NCBI GenBank assembly: GCA_963693365.1
Contig: CAVNZM010000013.1
Coordinates: 6,896,713 to 6,960,712 of the forward strand
From: Amoebidium appalachense
Taxonomy: Eukaryota > Protista > Ichthyosporea
Reading direction: 5' to 3'
Length of the DNA: 64,000 bases
In this document: piece by piece, positions 58,901 to 64,000 of the stretch
Layout: each line of letters begins with the position of its first letter
Position numbering within the stretch: position 1 is the first letter of the stretch
Program-made: the position numbers and the translations under genes
The notes under the pieces: generated by a model
What the model saw: the letters and a program-made list of their open reading frames with translations, nothing else
The model's database searches: none
What the model was told of the DNA's origin: nothing

Positions 58901-60549
58901 GGATTTTAGAGTCACCCTCATGAAACTTAGGCCTAGGAAAACAAAAGATGGTGACGTAGACCGGTCTTGCGCATGCGCAGACCAGGCAGTACTTGACACT
59001 TCCATGTGTGCACCGTGATTCCAAAGAAAAAACCTCATACGCCTTTGTACTTTTACTTTGCCACTGTAGCACACGCGATAGCGGAGATGTGCCTTCATTC
59101 TGGGCGTCCGTCCCGTCCCGTTCCGTGGCCATGCCAGTGACCACGATGGTGCAGGCATGCCGTGTACCGACGGTCACACGATGAATGGGTGTGTTGACTA
59201 CTGTTATATTGTCCTCGGATAACCACGTGTGACGTGCAGTGTAGAGCGCGTCTGCATGTGCAGGGTATCAAGAACACACTAAAGCCAGGATCGAATCTTG
59301 ACGCATCGAACAACGTATACCCTCCGTGCAGCCGACACGTGTGCACACGTACCGGCCGGGCCTGCCAACACTAACATGCACATAAACTTTGCGGCATCAG
59401 CAGGATGCTTTGTGTACGTGTATATGTGCACACTTTTGTATTGTGTGGTGCTAAGCGAAAAAATTATTAGTCTGTGCGCACTTGCACACAACTCGTGTGC
59501 ACACATGTGGTACGTGTACTTACATGCCTTATAATGTACGTGTGCGGCTTTGAATTCTGAATCACCGTGCACATGTGATATATATATTGTGCAGTGCCAC
59601 TCGTTGTTGCAATTGTGCCGGTGTGTTGTGTTGTACGTTTGCACTCTTGTCGTGAATGGGTAGGCGGGTGGGTGGGTGGGCGGGTGGGGAGGGGCGTTGA
59701 GAGCAGCCGTTAGTGTCATTCTGCATGCACTCAGCTGCCCACAAGGAAGGTGATCACATGCAGTGCATGCACAGTAGCTGCCATTGCAAGGTACAAAGAC
59801 AAACATACTTGCGATCAAGCATTTATTCTGGACGTCTAATAATCTCATCATACTGCTTGCAATCGCGGGGTAGTATGCATAAAAGGCGCTTTGCCAGCAA
59901 AGCGTCCGACTGCAACTATCTTTGGGACCTCCCAGCATAATACCAAAAATGGTGTAGCCCTTAGGGAACCGGCTTTTAAATGCAAAAGGCTCGTGAAACA
60001 AGACAAGTATGCAAATGCTGATACATAACGTCCTGCACTGCATGTGTAAACCTAAGTCGAAGAAGACAAAACAAGTTTAGACATATGCACAACAAAATTA
60101 TCAGTCTGAATATTCGGGGCTCAGCCTGCATCATGATGATGACAGTTTACATGCTTGAAAAGCAAGAAAAAGGGATGCTAAAACCACAAGATCAACTGAC
60201 AGGACATTCGATCCACAAATTGGGTATACAATACAATCCGGAACATTACATATCACCCTAATACCCGAAGATGAAATGAGGACCATGATAAATATCGACA
60301 AGTAAAAGCACACGTGCCAACAACCCAACGGTTGAAATGCCCAGCCCATGAGGTTTTTCAACACAAGCTTACACCCACCCTCGGATAACCCTTGATGTAT
60401 TTGAAGCCACCACCTGTATTTTTAAAAGAGAACATACCCATTTTACTTGAACCACTCACAATCACCAGAACCGGAATTGCGTTTTTCAACTACTGAACTA
60501 GGACAGATGAAGACGGATCAGTTGCAGAATATCGCAACATTTGATTGGC

Positions 60550-63210
<2,661 letters not shown>

Positions 63211-63245
63211 TGTATGTACGCGTACGTGTGTGTACGTGTGTGTGT

Positions 63246-63312
<67 letters not shown>

Positions 63313-63640
63313 TGTGTTTGTGTGCGTGTGTGTGTGGTGTATGTGTACGCGCGCGCATGTGTGTGTGTGGGTGAGAAACCACAAGGCATATTTTGCTAAA
63401 AACGACCACATGGACATATGCAGATTAGAAGGTGGAACGCAATCAAAAGCAAGAAAAGTGAAGTACGACAAAACCCTCGAAAGTAAAGCCCAGGGACACC
63501 AAAAGAAATGTGCAGAAAAAAAAATATCCGAACTGAGTTCATGGTCAGTGCTGTTACCATGTCTTCCCTAACAACCGAATTCTACTCAATACATCTCAAC
63601 TCTGCTCTCACGCCCGGGGGGGGGGGGGGGGGGGGGGGGT

Positions 63641-63888
63641 TGAATGCGTCAAAAAGTACGAAGTACACAAGAACAAACGGATAACACGATGCAGAATGCA
63701 AGCCATACATAAAAGAGTAGGCATAATAAGGAGAGCCCATCCTCAGGGGGGGCCCACGTCATCCACAGTACCCGAGTTTCGACCTATTCAACTCGTTAAC
63801 GAAACCCAACTCAGATACTGTTTCACTTGAACATGGGTAGGTCACCCGTCTTGATCAGAGACGAGCAGGGTTGCTTATGCAGGCAAGG
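63641..63888 (-). repeat. Structured dispersed intronic repeat, diverged copy C; a further copy starts at ~63978
   Basis: Shares CCCATCCTCAGGG, GAGTTTCGACC, CAACTCAGA, CCCGTCTTGATCA.AGACGAGCAGGGTTGCTTATGCA and TGAATGCG...GTACGAAG with copy B. TGAATGCG..AGTACGAAG recurs at 63978-64000. Confidence 0.8.
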
Positions 63889-63935
63889 GCAGTGGGAAAG
63901 GCCGGGGGTTAAACTTGCAGCAGTAAGCAGGAGGA

Positions 63936-63973
<38 letters not shown>

Positions 63974-64000
63974 GGGGATGAATGCGCTAAGAGTACGAAG

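Noticed and set aside
59275-59375. B-box-like GATTCGATCC (also ~30785 and ~30925) suggesting tRNA or SINE
   Set aside because: I could not build a cloverleaf or find a properly spaced A box.

Overview
Intron-rich eukaryotic DNA, probably a unicellular opisthokont (an inference from the SDS23-like and Slo-like genes). Almost every ORF in the supplied track is an artefact of (CA)n/(GT)n, (GA)n and poly-C/G tracts. Manual GT-AG splicing recovers four genes: (1) a Slo/BK-family K+ channel on +, about 34 exons in the window, 5' end outside it; (2) a DH-PH-PX RhoGEF on -; (3) an SDS23-like CBS-domain protein on -; (4) the 3' end of a probable P5A-type ATPase on -. Introns and intergenic DNA carry a young non-autonomous Copia-type mini-LTR element, a TTAA (piggyBac-type) MITE, a ~300-bp foldback palindrome, LINE remnants, tandem repeats and a frameshifted pair of small Cys-rich secreted-protein genes. 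The most intriguing signal is an intronic repeat family: three long copies (~250-390 nt) plus at least five partial copies. Every copy found lies sense to its host gene next to a poly-C tract, and the core shows compensatory base changes, so it looks like an unidentified structured RNA or RNA-based mobile element. Exon coordinates were read by eye and may be off by a few bases.
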